A stretch of DNA of 64,000 nt from Candidatus Hermodarchaeota archaeon. GTDB lineage: Archaea; Asgardarchaeota; Thorarchaeia; Thorarchaeales; Thorarchaeaceae. Position numbers and translations under genes: made by a program. Of this stretch, positions 9,882-18,777 are shown piece after piece; the first letter of the stretch is position 1; each line of letters opens with the position of its first letter. The DNA lies in the NCBI GenBank assembly GCA_048885865.1, contig JBHLLF010000001.1, positions 135,457 to 199,456 of the forward strand. Reading direction: 5' to 3'. The notes below the pieces were generated by a model. It was not told the origin of the DNA. It searched no databases and was given only the letters and a program-made list of their open reading frames with translations.

Positions 9882-10442
9882 CTAATATGTCACAGATCTC
9901 ATGCCTGCTTCTCTTGCATTTTGAACTGTATACAGGCTCTCACGCACTGAGCCTTTGCCATTCATCCCTGGAGCTATGATAGATTCAACATGGTCCATCC
10001 CTAGATACCGGCAGATTTCCTCAAACATTCCAACTGTATGCCGAGCATAATGTGAATTTCCTCCTCCCATTGGAATTGCGAGAATGACTCGCTTACCTTG
10101 GAAGGTTGATTGGTCCACTCCATACCATCTATCCAGAAATGCCTTGAATTGGGCTGTAGGTCCCCACCAGTAAATTGGAGTTCCCAAAACCCAAACGTCA
10201 CTCTTCTTCATCAACTCAAGGACATGTTTCATGTCGTCGTCTTGTACACACTTCCCTGTTGTCTGACATCCATTGCAGGCTGTACAGGGAGATATGTTGA
10301 GGTCTCTGAGGGTGGCCTTTGCAGCTTCGGCTCCAGCTTCCACTGCTCCAGCCAGGACCTCATCGACCAATGTCTCTGTATTTCCTCCTCTACGAGGGCT
10401 CCCCACAATCCCCAGAACATGTCTATAGCCTGAGGTCTCCAT
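9882..10442 (-). CDS. Iron-sulfur flavoprotein / NADPH-dependent FMN reductase family (flavodoxin-like).
   Basis: 186 aa. Has the 'ILGIVGSPRRGGNTE' flavodoxin-like P-loop, the compact cysteine motif 'CTACNGCQTTGKC' typical of Isf proteins, and 'GTPIYWW'. Confidence 0.7.
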   Translation of the reverse strand: METSGYRHVLGIVGSPRRGGNTETLVDEVLAGAVEAGAEAAKATLRDLNISPCTACNGCQTTGKCVQDDDMKHVLELMKKSDVWVLGTPIYWWGPTAQFKAFLDRWYGVDQSTFQGKRVILAIPMGGGNSHYARHTVGMFEEICRYLGMDHVESIIAPGMNGKGSVRESLYTVQNAREAGMRSVTY

Positions 10443-10466
10443 AGATCCTCCTCCACAATTGATGTT

Positions 10467-11408
10467 TCATTTCTCCTTGCGATAGATAAGGAATTTCTCG
10501 AAAGCTGTGAACTCGGGTTTCATTCTGACAATTGCTTCCGCTTCTACTCCATCTGTACTGAATCCGAAACTGGACATAATTGGAACATCAGTCCAACCAG
10601 CTTCTTTACAGTCCTTCGCAAGCTCAACCAGAAGTCGCTCCCAAGCATAGTCGTATCCCGGCTTCAAGGCTCTGAACCTAAGGATTAGTCGCTCACCGTC
10701 AGCTGGGATGTTGACGGTTTCGGGGCTGGTTCGTAGAGCGGCCGTTGCTCCAACAGCCTCATCGCCATCAAACAGGATTATTGGGGCTCTATTCGGGAAG
10801 ACACGATCCTTGAAGTAGGATACAAACCCCTCTCTATCTGCGAATGCTTCTCTGAGACGCTCATCAGCCAAGCACAAGTCAATCAGCTTATCGATATCGT
10901 CTTCAGTTGCTTTCCTTGCTTTCAGTTTTGCCGCCTTCCCCTCCACTTCCTTCTTGGCTGTCTCCTTGACATCAAAATCGACGCTGTACTGGTAGTATGT
11001 TTCATGGTCCGTAAAGCCGAGTTCCCGGAAGAACTTATCCTGCTTGTCCTTAATCTTTGAACGAAGGACAATGCCCGTGGTGATTCTGTCGATATCCTCT
11101 TTGCTCTTGAGATATTCGAACTGCTCGGTGAAGAGCTTTTTCTGTACTTCCGGGGGACAATCTGGCATAGTCCAGCAATATCCAATATTCGCCCTACCAG
11201 GTTCATCATCAGAAACACTTGAAGTGACATAGGCAAGGGGCTTACCATCTTCCGTCAATGCGTACCTAGTTGCATCTTCGCCGCGTTGGATGTTGCGGTC
11301 TCGAATCTGCCAACCCTGAGCTGGAAGACCTGAAGCCTCAGTATAGATCTGGGCTTGAATATCCTCCAGTCCTTCATCGGCATTCCATTTCTTGTATACA
11401 ACCTTCAT
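10467..11408 (-). CDS. Hypothetical protein, possibly a GNAT-fold acetyltransferase. Trimmed to the MKVVYKKW start.
   Basis: The track ORF extends to 11540, but the first 44 codons are hydrophobic junk upstream of a good ATG at 11408. The C-terminal half has a GNAT-like beta-strand/acyl-CoA-pocket pattern (ILFDGDEAVGATAAL...). Weak call. Confidence 0.45.
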   Translation of the reverse strand: MKVVYKKWNADEGLEDIQAQIYTEASGLPAQGWQIRDRNIQRGEDATRYALTEDGKPLAYVTSSVSDDEPGRANIGYCWTMPDCPPEVQKKLFTEQFEYLKSKEDIDRITTGIVLRSKIKDKQDKFFRELGFTDHETYYQYSVDFDVKETAKKEVEGKAAKLKARKATEDDIDKLIDLCLADERLREAFADREGFVSYFKDRVFPNRAPIILFDGDEAVGATAALRTSPETVNIPADGERLILRFRALKPGYDYAWERLLVELAKDCKEAGWTDVPIMSSFGFSTDGVEAEAIVRMKPEFTAFEKFLIYRKEK

Positions 11409-11600
11409 TCTACTTCTCCTCTCAACACTATCCGAATCGAATACAGGGAAAATATACAGTGCGCATACAAATATTGTATATAATAAACCTTTGCTCTCAC
11501 AACCATTTGTTCGACAAAATACGAATTCCCTAGAACTCAAGAATCGGTAGGATTGATTAATTCTAACAAGTCAAAGGAAGAGTGAGATTCCAGCTGATTC

Positions 11601-11900
11601 CTATTTCTTCTTGCGCTTTCTTTTTGGCTTTATGAACTCCTCCAGCGAGCTCTGTTGAATTGGCCCAAGTTTCCATCTCTTGCCATCAGGATTCCTCTCG
11701 ACAACCTTCTCTCGCTCCATATTATGCAGATGATAGAGGATTGTCGCTGTTGTCACCTCGACACTCTCAGCAATCTCCCCCACAGTTTTCCAGTTTTCAC
11801 TAGCCAGAGTCTGCAGTATCTCAGTTCTACGAGCAAGTCCTCTGTCAATATTCCTAATCCAATGAAGGTATGCCCTACGGTCAAGAGTCAGATTGTTCAA
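11601..11900 (-). CDS. Winged-helix transcriptional regulator with a basic C-terminal tail.
   Basis: 99 aa. HTH core 'ILQTLASENWKTVGEIAESVEVTTATILYHLHNMEREKVVERN' followed by KPKRKRKKK. Confidence 0.6.
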   Translation of the reverse strand: MNNLTLDRRAYLHWIRNIDRGLARRTEILQTLASENWKTVGEIAESVEVTTATILYHLHNMEREKVVERNPDGKRWKLGPIQQSSLEEFIKPKRKRKKK

Positions 11901-11944
11901 CCCATCAATGGTTGCACGCAGAACGAAATGTGTGTTTCTCTTGC

Positions 11945-12238
11945 CTATTTCCTTGAAAGACCCATTAAATCAAGAAAGGCTGCAGGTTCGCTCCCTTCGG
12001 TAATGGGTCTTATCCTGTATTTTGGATACGTGTGACTCAACTTCGCAGCAATTCTTGTGCCGTAGAGTTTCTTGAACAGCTGAGCTTTGGCTCCTCGCCA
12101 AAGATAGATTACTTTCTCATCGTGATCAATGAAAACTAGGACTTTATCAGTCTCAATTGTTGAGGCGCTTGCTTCAGTCTCAGTCATCTTGGCGTCTGAG
12201 TCTATTTCAAAGGCCTCTACCATCAATATCCCTCGCAT
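11945..12238 (-). CDS. Small hypothetical protein (~97 aa). Trimmed to the MRGILMVEAF start.
   Basis: The longer track version (to 12436) would overlap the divergent gene at 12339. The conserved-looking body is DKVLVFIDHDEKVIYLWRGAKAQ... Confidence 0.4.
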   Translation of the reverse strand: MRGILMVEAFEIDSDAKMTETEASASTIETDKVLVFIDHDEKVIYLWRGAKAQLFKKLYGTRIAAKLSHTYPKYRIRPITEGSEPAAFLDLMGLSRK

Positions 12239-12338
12239 GAAGGTTACAAAGAAGGATGCATTCCCTCTTATGATACTTTTCCAAATGTATTGCACTCTTT
12301 GGTGATATTGATTAAGCACAAGCAACTTACAAAAAGGG

Positions 12339-13097
12339 TTGCAGCGAGTCTTGATTCCGTGGGTGGAAAGGTTGACAGAAGAAATCCCGTCCCGGGTCAA
12401 ATTCATTGATAGAGCAAGAAGGCGAATCGAGATCAAGATGAATGAGGTTACCCTTCAATTTCCCTTGAACGCAGTCCCTGATCCATTGTATCTTGCCATG
12501 GCAACAGCCTTCGACGGAGATGAGCAGGTGGAGTGCAAGCTCCTGGCAGCCTACCACGACACAGTCATGAAGCCAACACTATGTTCTTCAGAACCCACCA
12601 GTATCTTCAAAGTCACCACCGCAACGAAGATTGTAAGACTCACTTTGACTGATGAAGAGATAGAAAATCAGATCGAGGAGATTGAGGGTGAGATTCTATC
12701 ATTTCAGGGGCGACCATTTGAAGAGACTGTTGACGATAGAATTGAGTTGTACAAAAGAATCTATCTTGATGACAAAAAGATTGACAGGTTTCGATTCGGC
12801 GCAGCAGAAATGTATGGTGACACCACATACGGGAATATTCGACAGGATCCTAGAGTTGTGCTAAACTTTCAATGGCACAAGCCAGAGGAGAATGTCTACA
12901 GAGGATATCAGGTGAACTGCATCGCTGAGATTGTTCTACCTGGGGATCCCTTCTATCGATTCATGAGGAGCATGAGGTCTCTGTTCGTGCGGCGTTTCAT
13001 CGACCTGCGAGCTTCAGAGTATCCTGCCGCTTACAAGTTATATGTGTGCGAAGCACATGACAAAAGCTTGTCTACAAGACCTGGATTCGTCCCCTAG
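12339..13097 (+). CDS. Hypothetical protein (an alternative start is MNEV at 12441).
   Basis: 252 aa with no recognisable motif. It lies convergent with the vWA gene. Confidence 0.45.
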   Translation: MQRVLIPWVERLTEEIPSRVKFIDRARRRIEIKMNEVTLQFPLNAVPDPLYLAMATAFDGDEQVECKLLAAYHDTVMKPTLCSSEPTSIFKVTTATKIVRLTLTDEEIENQIEEIEGEILSFQGRPFEETVDDRIELYKRIYLDDKKIDRFRFGAAEMYGDTTYGNIRQDPRVVLNFQWHKPEENVYRGYQVNCIAEIVLPGDPFYRFMRSMRSLFVRRFIDLRASEYPAAYKLYVCEAHDKSLSTRPGFVP

Positions 13098-13101
13098 ACT
13101 A

Positions 13102-15645
13102 CTAGTAGTTGGTCAGTCGTAATAATCTCTCTGGGAGTTCTTCAACGGCACCTATGTCTAGCACCACGCCGTGTGACTTCTTTGCTAGCTTATCTGCCGC
13201 ATTCAGGTCATAGGAACTCTTTGGAACAAGAATGATCATCTTGATGTCCTGGTGCTTGAATTTCTCAGCTAGTCTTTCACATTCAGCTTGGTCGCTTAAG
13301 TAGGCGTCAGTGGCAAAAATGAAGATCTTCTCCTTGGCCCGAGTTTCCTCAAAATTGTTGAGAGCCCACTGCAGAGAAGTCCTTCCTCCGGTGCCCCCAC
13401 TTGCTCGTACATCCAATAGGTCGGCTGCAACCTTTTCTACTGGTACCTGACGCTGGTCAATTCTCTTCACAACATGCATCACACTGTCAAACAGACAAAC
13501 GCCAAAATCGTCCTTTTGCACGCCATATAGCCCAGCCATCACGCTGATCGCGAGCATGCCAAGCTTCTCAGGTGAATGCATAGAGCCGCTCTTGTCGAGG
13601 GCCCAGACGAAGGAACGGTTTCCTTGATAGGTTTCGCAAATCAAAAAGTCCTCCACGTCAAGGACCTTGAAATTGGTGCGACCCTGTGATAAGAGTGAAT
13701 CAATTGTTTCTTCCAAGTCAATGAGGTCGATGTCGTCGCCAATACGGAATGGTCTAACAGTGGTTGACTGCTGTATTCCGCCAAGCATTGATGATCCCAT
13801 CGTGGCTCTAGCGTATCTCTTTCCAAGGTCTATAAGGAGCCTCTTCGCAATTTCCTTGAGCCTCTGCTTGATATGCTCTGGTAGAGAATCACGATAGGCA
13901 TACCAAATCCTAACTATGTTTGTAGCTGGCCCGCCGAGCAACCCTCCGAAGACCATGTTTGCCCTTTCATCATCAATAGGTCCAGCCTCCCCGGGACGTC
14001 CAGCGTAGCTTACAGCGCGTCCGTATTGTTGCCTCGTACCCATTCCCATCGCAGCTCCAAAATTCTCATGAGCAATCGCCCCTAGTGCGGACTGATTTCC
14101 GGTCTGAGCCGATAGGTCTGCAAGCTCACGGAGCTGATGGTCACTCAGTCCAGCTGACGAGATGAGATTGTGCAGTCGCTCAAAGTCTTGCACACCCTGC
14201 TCAATGAGCTTCCTTATGACACGATAGGATGGATTGAGCAGCTCGAGAATCTCCTCTTCCGTCATGCCCAGTTTTTCGCCAGCCTCCCTTACTGCCTTCT
14301 CTGAAGGCACAATACCTTGGCGAGAGAGTTCCCTCACAGTTTTTCTAAGGTGTGTCTTTGTTGGGGAGCGTTTGACAGCAGCGTCAGCTAGTTCCTGTTT
14401 TGCCTTCTGCCAAGATTCCTTTGGTTGATGCCCACCCACTTTGTCGTCAAGTCGGGACATGTCATTGATCTTCTGTCTGAGATAATCTGATGGCGACGAC
14501 CTAGAATCAGCGTGCTCGACGGTTTCTTTTGTCTTCTTATCCAAAAGACTCTTCCATGACTCAGTGTTCCTGGCGTTTTCAGCCAGCTGCCGAAGGTCAA
14601 CATTGGTCGAAGCTCCCTTGTCATATTGCTGGTCATATTGCTCGAGAATATCATCCATTAGATCAGTGCTGTCAGGTGTGTGGCTCTTAACAGTTTCAGC
14701 AAACTCAGCAGCATCTGCGAGTTGGTAGAGTTGCGGTGCGCTTTTCAGATGTTCAGCGATGTTGTCTGGAAGCCTCTCAAGATGCCTGACATAAGCTGCA
14801 ACTTCGCTAAGATTGTCTAGCGATTCTTGCAGTGCCTTGTCCATCGCCTTTCTCTGGGCCTTTGTTCCAGCTTCCATGTCCTCCATATGCCTTAGGGCAC
14901 GAGCAGCAGTTGTTGGGTCTCTGTCAGCAAGTTCCTTGAACTCCTCGTCAATTCCTTTGTCTCCACGATAGGCTCTTGCAGCAATACTTTCTGCGGCGTT
15001 GGAAGACTCTGCCACATTGTCAAGGACTTCCAGAACCTTGGCATCCATAATGTTCTGTGAGGACAAACTGCCCATATCCTCAAGGAGCTCAGCTGACGCT
15101 TCTCTGCGAAGATCTTCGTCGCTTGTGAGTCCACGAAGTACAACATCACCCTCATTCAGGTAGTGCATTGATGCATCGTAGAGCGCGGTGTCTTTGCGCT
15201 TCCTAAGATCCTGAAGGTACTCAAAACCTGCCTCGACTTTGTCCTTGTCGATCTTCTTGGCCAAGTCTTGCTCTCTCTTGATCTGTTCCATGACTGCAGC
15301 CAAAGCGTCTTTTCTCACCATGGAGACTGTCTTTGCTGTTGGTTGCTTGGTCTGAGGAGTTGAGTCTCTTTTCTCTCGACCTAGGATAATGTCTTCTGCA
15401 ACTATTCGCGCGATGGCTTGATCTGAAGGATAGGTAGTGCGGACAGCAGCGTCGATGAAATCATCCAGAGTAAGCGCTCCATTTCGAAAGTACCTCGCGG
15501 AGAGTATCTGTGGTATCGCTTGAGTTTGCCTCACACTAGGTCTAATCTTGACATCAGACCTTGCTCTCATTCTCTTAACAAACTCGTGTGCAAAATGTAT
15601 TGTATTGCTGGGAATCGGTGATATCCTGGGTTGAGTTTGAGCCAT
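13102..15645 (-). CDS. von Willebrand factor A (vWA) domain protein with a ~650-aa alpha-helical N-terminal region. Partner of the adjacent MoxR ATPase.
   Basis: The C-terminal domain has the MIDAS motif 'ALDKSGSM' followed by 'GGTGGRTS' and 'FIFATDAY'. The gene lies 3 nt downstream of the AAA+ gene on the same strand. Confidence 0.8.
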   Translation of the reverse strand: MAQTQPRISPIPSNTIHFAHEFVKRMRARSDVKIRPSVRQTQAIPQILSARYFRNGALTLDDFIDAAVRTTYPSDQAIARIVAEDIILGREKRDSTPQTKQPTAKTVSMVRKDALAAVMEQIKREQDLAKKIDKDKVEAGFEYLQDLRKRKDTALYDASMHYLNEGDVVLRGLTSDEDLRREASAELLEDMGSLSSQNIMDAKVLEVLDNVAESSNAAESIAARAYRGDKGIDEEFKELADRDPTTAARALRHMEDMEAGTKAQRKAMDKALQESLDNLSEVAAYVRHLERLPDNIAEHLKSAPQLYQLADAAEFAETVKSHTPDSTDLMDDILEQYDQQYDKGASTNVDLRQLAENARNTESWKSLLDKKTKETVEHADSRSSPSDYLRQKINDMSRLDDKVGGHQPKESWQKAKQELADAAVKRSPTKTHLRKTVRELSRQGIVPSEKAVREAGEKLGMTEEEILELLNPSYRVIRKLIEQGVQDFERLHNLISSAGLSDHQLRELADLSAQTGNQSALGAIAHENFGAAMGMGTRQQYGRAVSYAGRPGEAGPIDDERANMVFGGLLGGPATNIVRIWYAYRDSLPEHIKQRLKEIAKRLLIDLGKRYARATMGSSMLGGIQQSTTVRPFRIGDDIDLIDLEETIDSLLSQGRTNFKVLDVEDFLICETYQGNRSFVWALDKSGSMHSPEKLGMLAISVMAGLYGVQKDDFGVCLFDSVMHVVKRIDQRQVPVEKVAADLLDVRASGGTGGRTSLQWALNNFEETRAKEKIFIFATDAYLSDQAECERLAEKFKHQDIKMIILVPKSSYDLNAADKLAKKSHGVVLDIGAVEELPERLLRLTNY

Positions 15646-15648
15646 CGC

Positions 15649-16593
15649 CTACGAACTCCCGGGGGCGCTTGGGATACTAGAACCGCCTGAGCCGAGAACC
15701 CGTCTCACTAATGAGTTGACCGCAGGTTCGGGGTCAATGCCCGGTCTAAACCTTAGAGCTCCAGCCAGGACATATGTGGCTGCCTTTGAGAGGATTCCAT
15801 GTGTAACGTTCTTCCTTCCCTCTCGCTTCGCCATTTGTGCAGAGAGCCTGGCAATTGAGATGCCTGCGCGAATTGACGCTGGTATTTCAATATCGGTGCT
15901 CACTCTTGTGGCTGAAACCAGTCCATAAATGCTCTCTAGAGTCTTGTCCGAAAGAGTATACTCCGGACAGTTCAGCTTCACTATTTCAATCTCCGTGGAT
16001 TTCCTAGGGTAGCCGAGTCGAATCCACACTCTGATACGGTCTCTTAATGCCTCGCTCAGTCGATGCGCTCCTGCCATCTCTTCAGGATTAAGGGTCAAGA
16101 CAGGAAAGAAGTCATCTGCGGCTTTGATTCGGCCCAATCTAGGGACAACAGCACTCCACTCTTCAAATGGCTCCAACAAGCTATTCTGGACATACTCTGC
16201 TAGGCGGTTTGCTTCATTAAGGCCAAATACGCCTCCAAATATCATAGATTTCAGAAGAGGGCCCGGGTCAAACGACTCAAGAGTAAAACCTTTGCTCAAT
16301 ACTAGGCTTGGATTGAATGATCCTATCAAGTGCGCTGGTCGAACTCCCTCATCTCCAGTCAGCCACTCAAAGTCACGATTGCTCTTCTCTGCATATGCCC
16401 TCAAAAGCAAAGTTTTCCCAACACCAGGTGGTCCTATAAGGCCTGGAATTAGACCCGAATTTTCACAGTCCTCAAGAATTTCGAAGGCCTCTTTGTACTG
16501 CTCCTTGATGACAATCCTGACCTTCTCTTTCTTTGCGGCTTTGAGCCGCTCATCAAACCTCTCCGAGAATTCCTTAGTTGTCTTCTGCATCAT
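15649..16593 (-). CDS. MoxR-family AAA+ ATPase.
   Basis: Walker A 'GPPGVGKT', Walker B 'FGGVFGLNEANR', and a C-terminal helical lid. The arrangement with a downstream vWA gene is typical of MoxR pairs. Confidence 0.8.
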   Translation of the reverse strand: MMQKTTKEFSERFDERLKAAKKEKVRIVIKEQYKEAFEILEDCENSGLIPGLIGPPGVGKTLLLRAYAEKSNRDFEWLTGDEGVRPAHLIGSFNPSLVLSKGFTLESFDPGPLLKSMIFGGVFGLNEANRLAEYVQNSLLEPFEEWSAVVPRLGRIKAADDFFPVLTLNPEEMAGAHRLSEALRDRIRVWIRLGYPRKSTEIEIVKLNCPEYTLSDKTLESIYGLVSATRVSTDIEIPASIRAGISIARLSAQMAKREGRKNVTHGILSKAATYVLAGALRFRPGIDPEPAVNSLVRRVLGSGGSSIPSAPGSS

Positions 16594-16724
16594 TCTATGC
16601 CCCCATAGACCAAAATGTTGTGACTTGAGACCATATTAAAGCATGTCCTTTTTGCGTTAGGCGAAGCAGGCGTGCGTGAGTTGATTCCTTCTCTAGTTAC
16701 AAAAAGCTTGAGGTTTCTGATATG

Positions 16725-17714
16725 TTAGCTCCCCAGCAGTTGTGAGCCATATTTGAAGAGGGCTGGCGAGCCTCCAGTATGCCAGAAAATCGTGGGCTCG
16801 TCCGGAGCTATCTCCCCACCCATGGCCATTCTAAGCAGCGCAACCCCGGCTTTAGCTGTATAGACTGGATCCAGGATGATGCCTTGAGATTTCGCAAACA
16901 TCTGGATGGCACTTCGAACTGAGTCCTCCATCTCTCCGTAGCCTTTTCCAGTGAAACGATCATCCACCTTGATGTCAGGCTTGAACTTGTCTGTTAGTGC
17001 AGGGTAAGCGTCAAACATCCTGTCAATCATTTCACCGACCTTTTCTTTGGTGGTCTTTGCATCGCGTAGCACACTGATTCCTATGACGTCGGCATCGAAC
17101 TCCGCCAGTTTCGCACCTATTATCATTCCCGCCAGAGTTCCTCCGGTACCAACAGGGTGGAGTATCTTCTTTGGCTCTATGCCAATCTCGTCACATTGTT
17201 CCCTCAATTCCATCATTGCCTGAACATATGCTATGCAGCCCACAGGCATGAATGCGCCAGCTGGTATGCCATAGGGCCTTAGACCCAAATCTCTGAGCGT
17301 CTCAATGATCGAGTCCATTCTTTGGGAAACCTGGTCGAAGTCATCTTCTGGGAAGAACTGAATCTCTGCTCCAAACAGCCTGTCTAGAAGCACATTACCA
17401 GTGTAATCTTCTGGTTCAGATCCTGCTAGTAGCAAAATGCACCTCAGTCCATTTTGAGCTGCTGCAGCGGCAGTCTGTCGGCAGTGGTTGCTTTGAACAG
17501 CTCCAACTGTGACAAGAGTATCCGCCTCTTGCTGAAGGGCATCTCCTATCACGTACTCGAGTTTGCGTGTCTTGTTGCCGCCAAATGAAATGCCAGTGAG
17601 GTCATCTCTCTTGATCCAGAGTGATTTCATGTCCAAGGAATATGCAAGGTTCTTCATTTCCTGAAGGGGCGTTGGAAGATTAGCTAGTTTCACTCTTGGA
17701 AGGATATCAAGCAT
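16725..17714 (-). CDS. PLP-dependent enzyme of the 1-aminocyclopropane-1-carboxylate deaminase / D-cysteine desulfhydrase family.
   Basis: 329 aa. 'IKRDDLTGISFGGNKTRKLEY' contains the PLP-binding Lys. 'VTVGAVQSNHCRQTAAAAAQ' and 'GTGGTLAG' match fold-type II and the ACC-deaminase family. Confidence 0.8.
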   Translation of the reverse strand: MLDILPRVKLANLPTPLQEMKNLAYSLDMKSLWIKRDDLTGISFGGNKTRKLEYVIGDALQQEADTLVTVGAVQSNHCRQTAAAAAQNGLRCILLLAGSEPEDYTGNVLLDRLFGAEIQFFPEDDFDQVSQRMDSIIETLRDLGLRPYGIPAGAFMPVGCIAYVQAMMELREQCDEIGIEPKKILHPVGTGGTLAGMIIGAKLAEFDADVIGISVLRDAKTTKEKVGEMIDRMFDAYPALTDKFKPDIKVDDRFTGKGYGEMEDSVRSAIQMFAKSQGIILDPVYTAKAGVALLRMAMGGEIAPDEPTIFWHTGGSPALFKYGSQLLGS

Positions 17715-17716
17715 GG

Positions 17717-18364
17717 CTAATGCCCCGCTCCTGTGAAGGCTGCGATGATGTACAAGAGAATTGCAGTAGCGATTCCTGCGAGAAGTGTCTTTGCTCCATA
17801 GATCCAGATGTTCTTCCTGGATATTGTTCCCAAGAATAAGCCGAGAGCAAAGAGAAGTCCCATGCAGATGATAATCGCAATATAAAACGCCAGAGAAACA
17901 CTGAGTAATCCTGATGGCACCAATAGCAATGGAGTGATGATAATGAATGCGGCAACCGAAGGGGCGAGTCCATCAACTAATGCGACAACTGCAGATGTTG
18001 TGCGTGTTGCCTTGGCGTACATTGTGTTGCTCATGTCCGAGAGCATTGCCTTGCCTATTTCCTCAACCTCGCGGTCTCTCTCTGCACTTTCCGCAAGATA
18101 AGATCCACTGAATCCTGAGACCGCCATCGCGACACTAGTACCAACCGCTGCGAGGAGAAGAGCGTCGAACACCACCTCTGGATTGGTGGTCTGCATAGTG
18201 ATGAGACCGCCAAAAATCAGTCCAAGCATGGTGAGCGCGCCGTCAAACGCGTTCATCGCAAGGTAACGGCGGGCTATTTCAACACCTTGTGTGAGTTCCA
18301 GTGCCCTCATAGTCCTCTCAATTAGTCCAGGGCCCTTTTGCAGGTCATCTTCTGGTTCTGTCAC
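17717..18364 (-). CDS. VIT1/CCC1-family (DUF125) putative iron/manganese transporter.
   Basis: 215 aa. An N-terminal cytoplasmic helix region is followed by 5 TMs. 'AMNAFDGALTMLGLIFG' and 'AVSGFSGSYLAESAERD' are characteristic of VIT family proteins. Confidence 0.7.
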   Translation of the reverse strand: MTEPEDDLQKGPGLIERTMRALELTQGVEIARRYLAMNAFDGALTMLGLIFGGLITMQTTNPEVVFDALLLAAVGTSVAMAVSGFSGSYLAESAERDREVEEIGKAMLSDMSNTMYAKATRTTSAVVALVDGLAPSVAAFIIITPLLLVPSGLLSVSLAFYIAIIICMGLLFALGLFLGTISRKNIWIYGAKTLLAGIATAILLYIIAAFTGAGH

Positions 18365-18483
18365 AGATACTTAGCTCCGTGAATCATGTCCAGCCTAGCA
18401 GGTTTCCCTACATGATATAAGCTATCCGGAATCACAGATTTCTCTTGATGCATGATTGCTGACGATATGGCTCTATGATTCTA

Positions 18484-18666
18484 CTAGTATAGCCAGAGCA
18501 CCTCTGCGAATAGAATCAGGAAAATAAGTATCGCAATCAGGATGATTGCACATATCACCTGAACTGAACATGTGCAGCATCTTTCACAGCAGCCCTCTTG
18601 CTGCCGTGGTTCTCGAGGACTTGGTGTGTAGTCATCTGGCATCGGGATCTCTGTCATAGGAACCAC
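18484..18666 (-). CDS. Small membrane protein with a juxtamembrane Cys cluster (CCERCCTC) and a poly-Ile TM helix.
   Basis: 60 aa. Divergent from the zinc-ribbon membrane gene pair. Shares the 'Cys cluster + Ile-rich TM' architecture with residues ~395-440 of the 18778 gene. Confidence 0.35.
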   Translation of the reverse strand: MVPMTEIPMPDDYTPSPREPRQQEGCCERCCTCSVQVICAIILIAILIFLILFAEVLWLY

Positions 18667-18777
18667 ACTAGCTTCAAAGTGCTTCTTTCAAAGCCTGCTA
18701 TCTGTGATGACTATCCTTCTTATGAGGATTACGTGGTTGTCTACACACACAGCCGCAAAGGTTGAAAAGCGAAGAAG

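Noticed and set aside
13641-15155. Multiple 60-90-aa ORFs (13641-13826, 13667-13897, 14234-14428, 14388-14654, 14892-15155) inside the vWA gene.
   Set aside because: They are all internal to an 847-aa gene with a clear vWA domain. Shadow ORFs.
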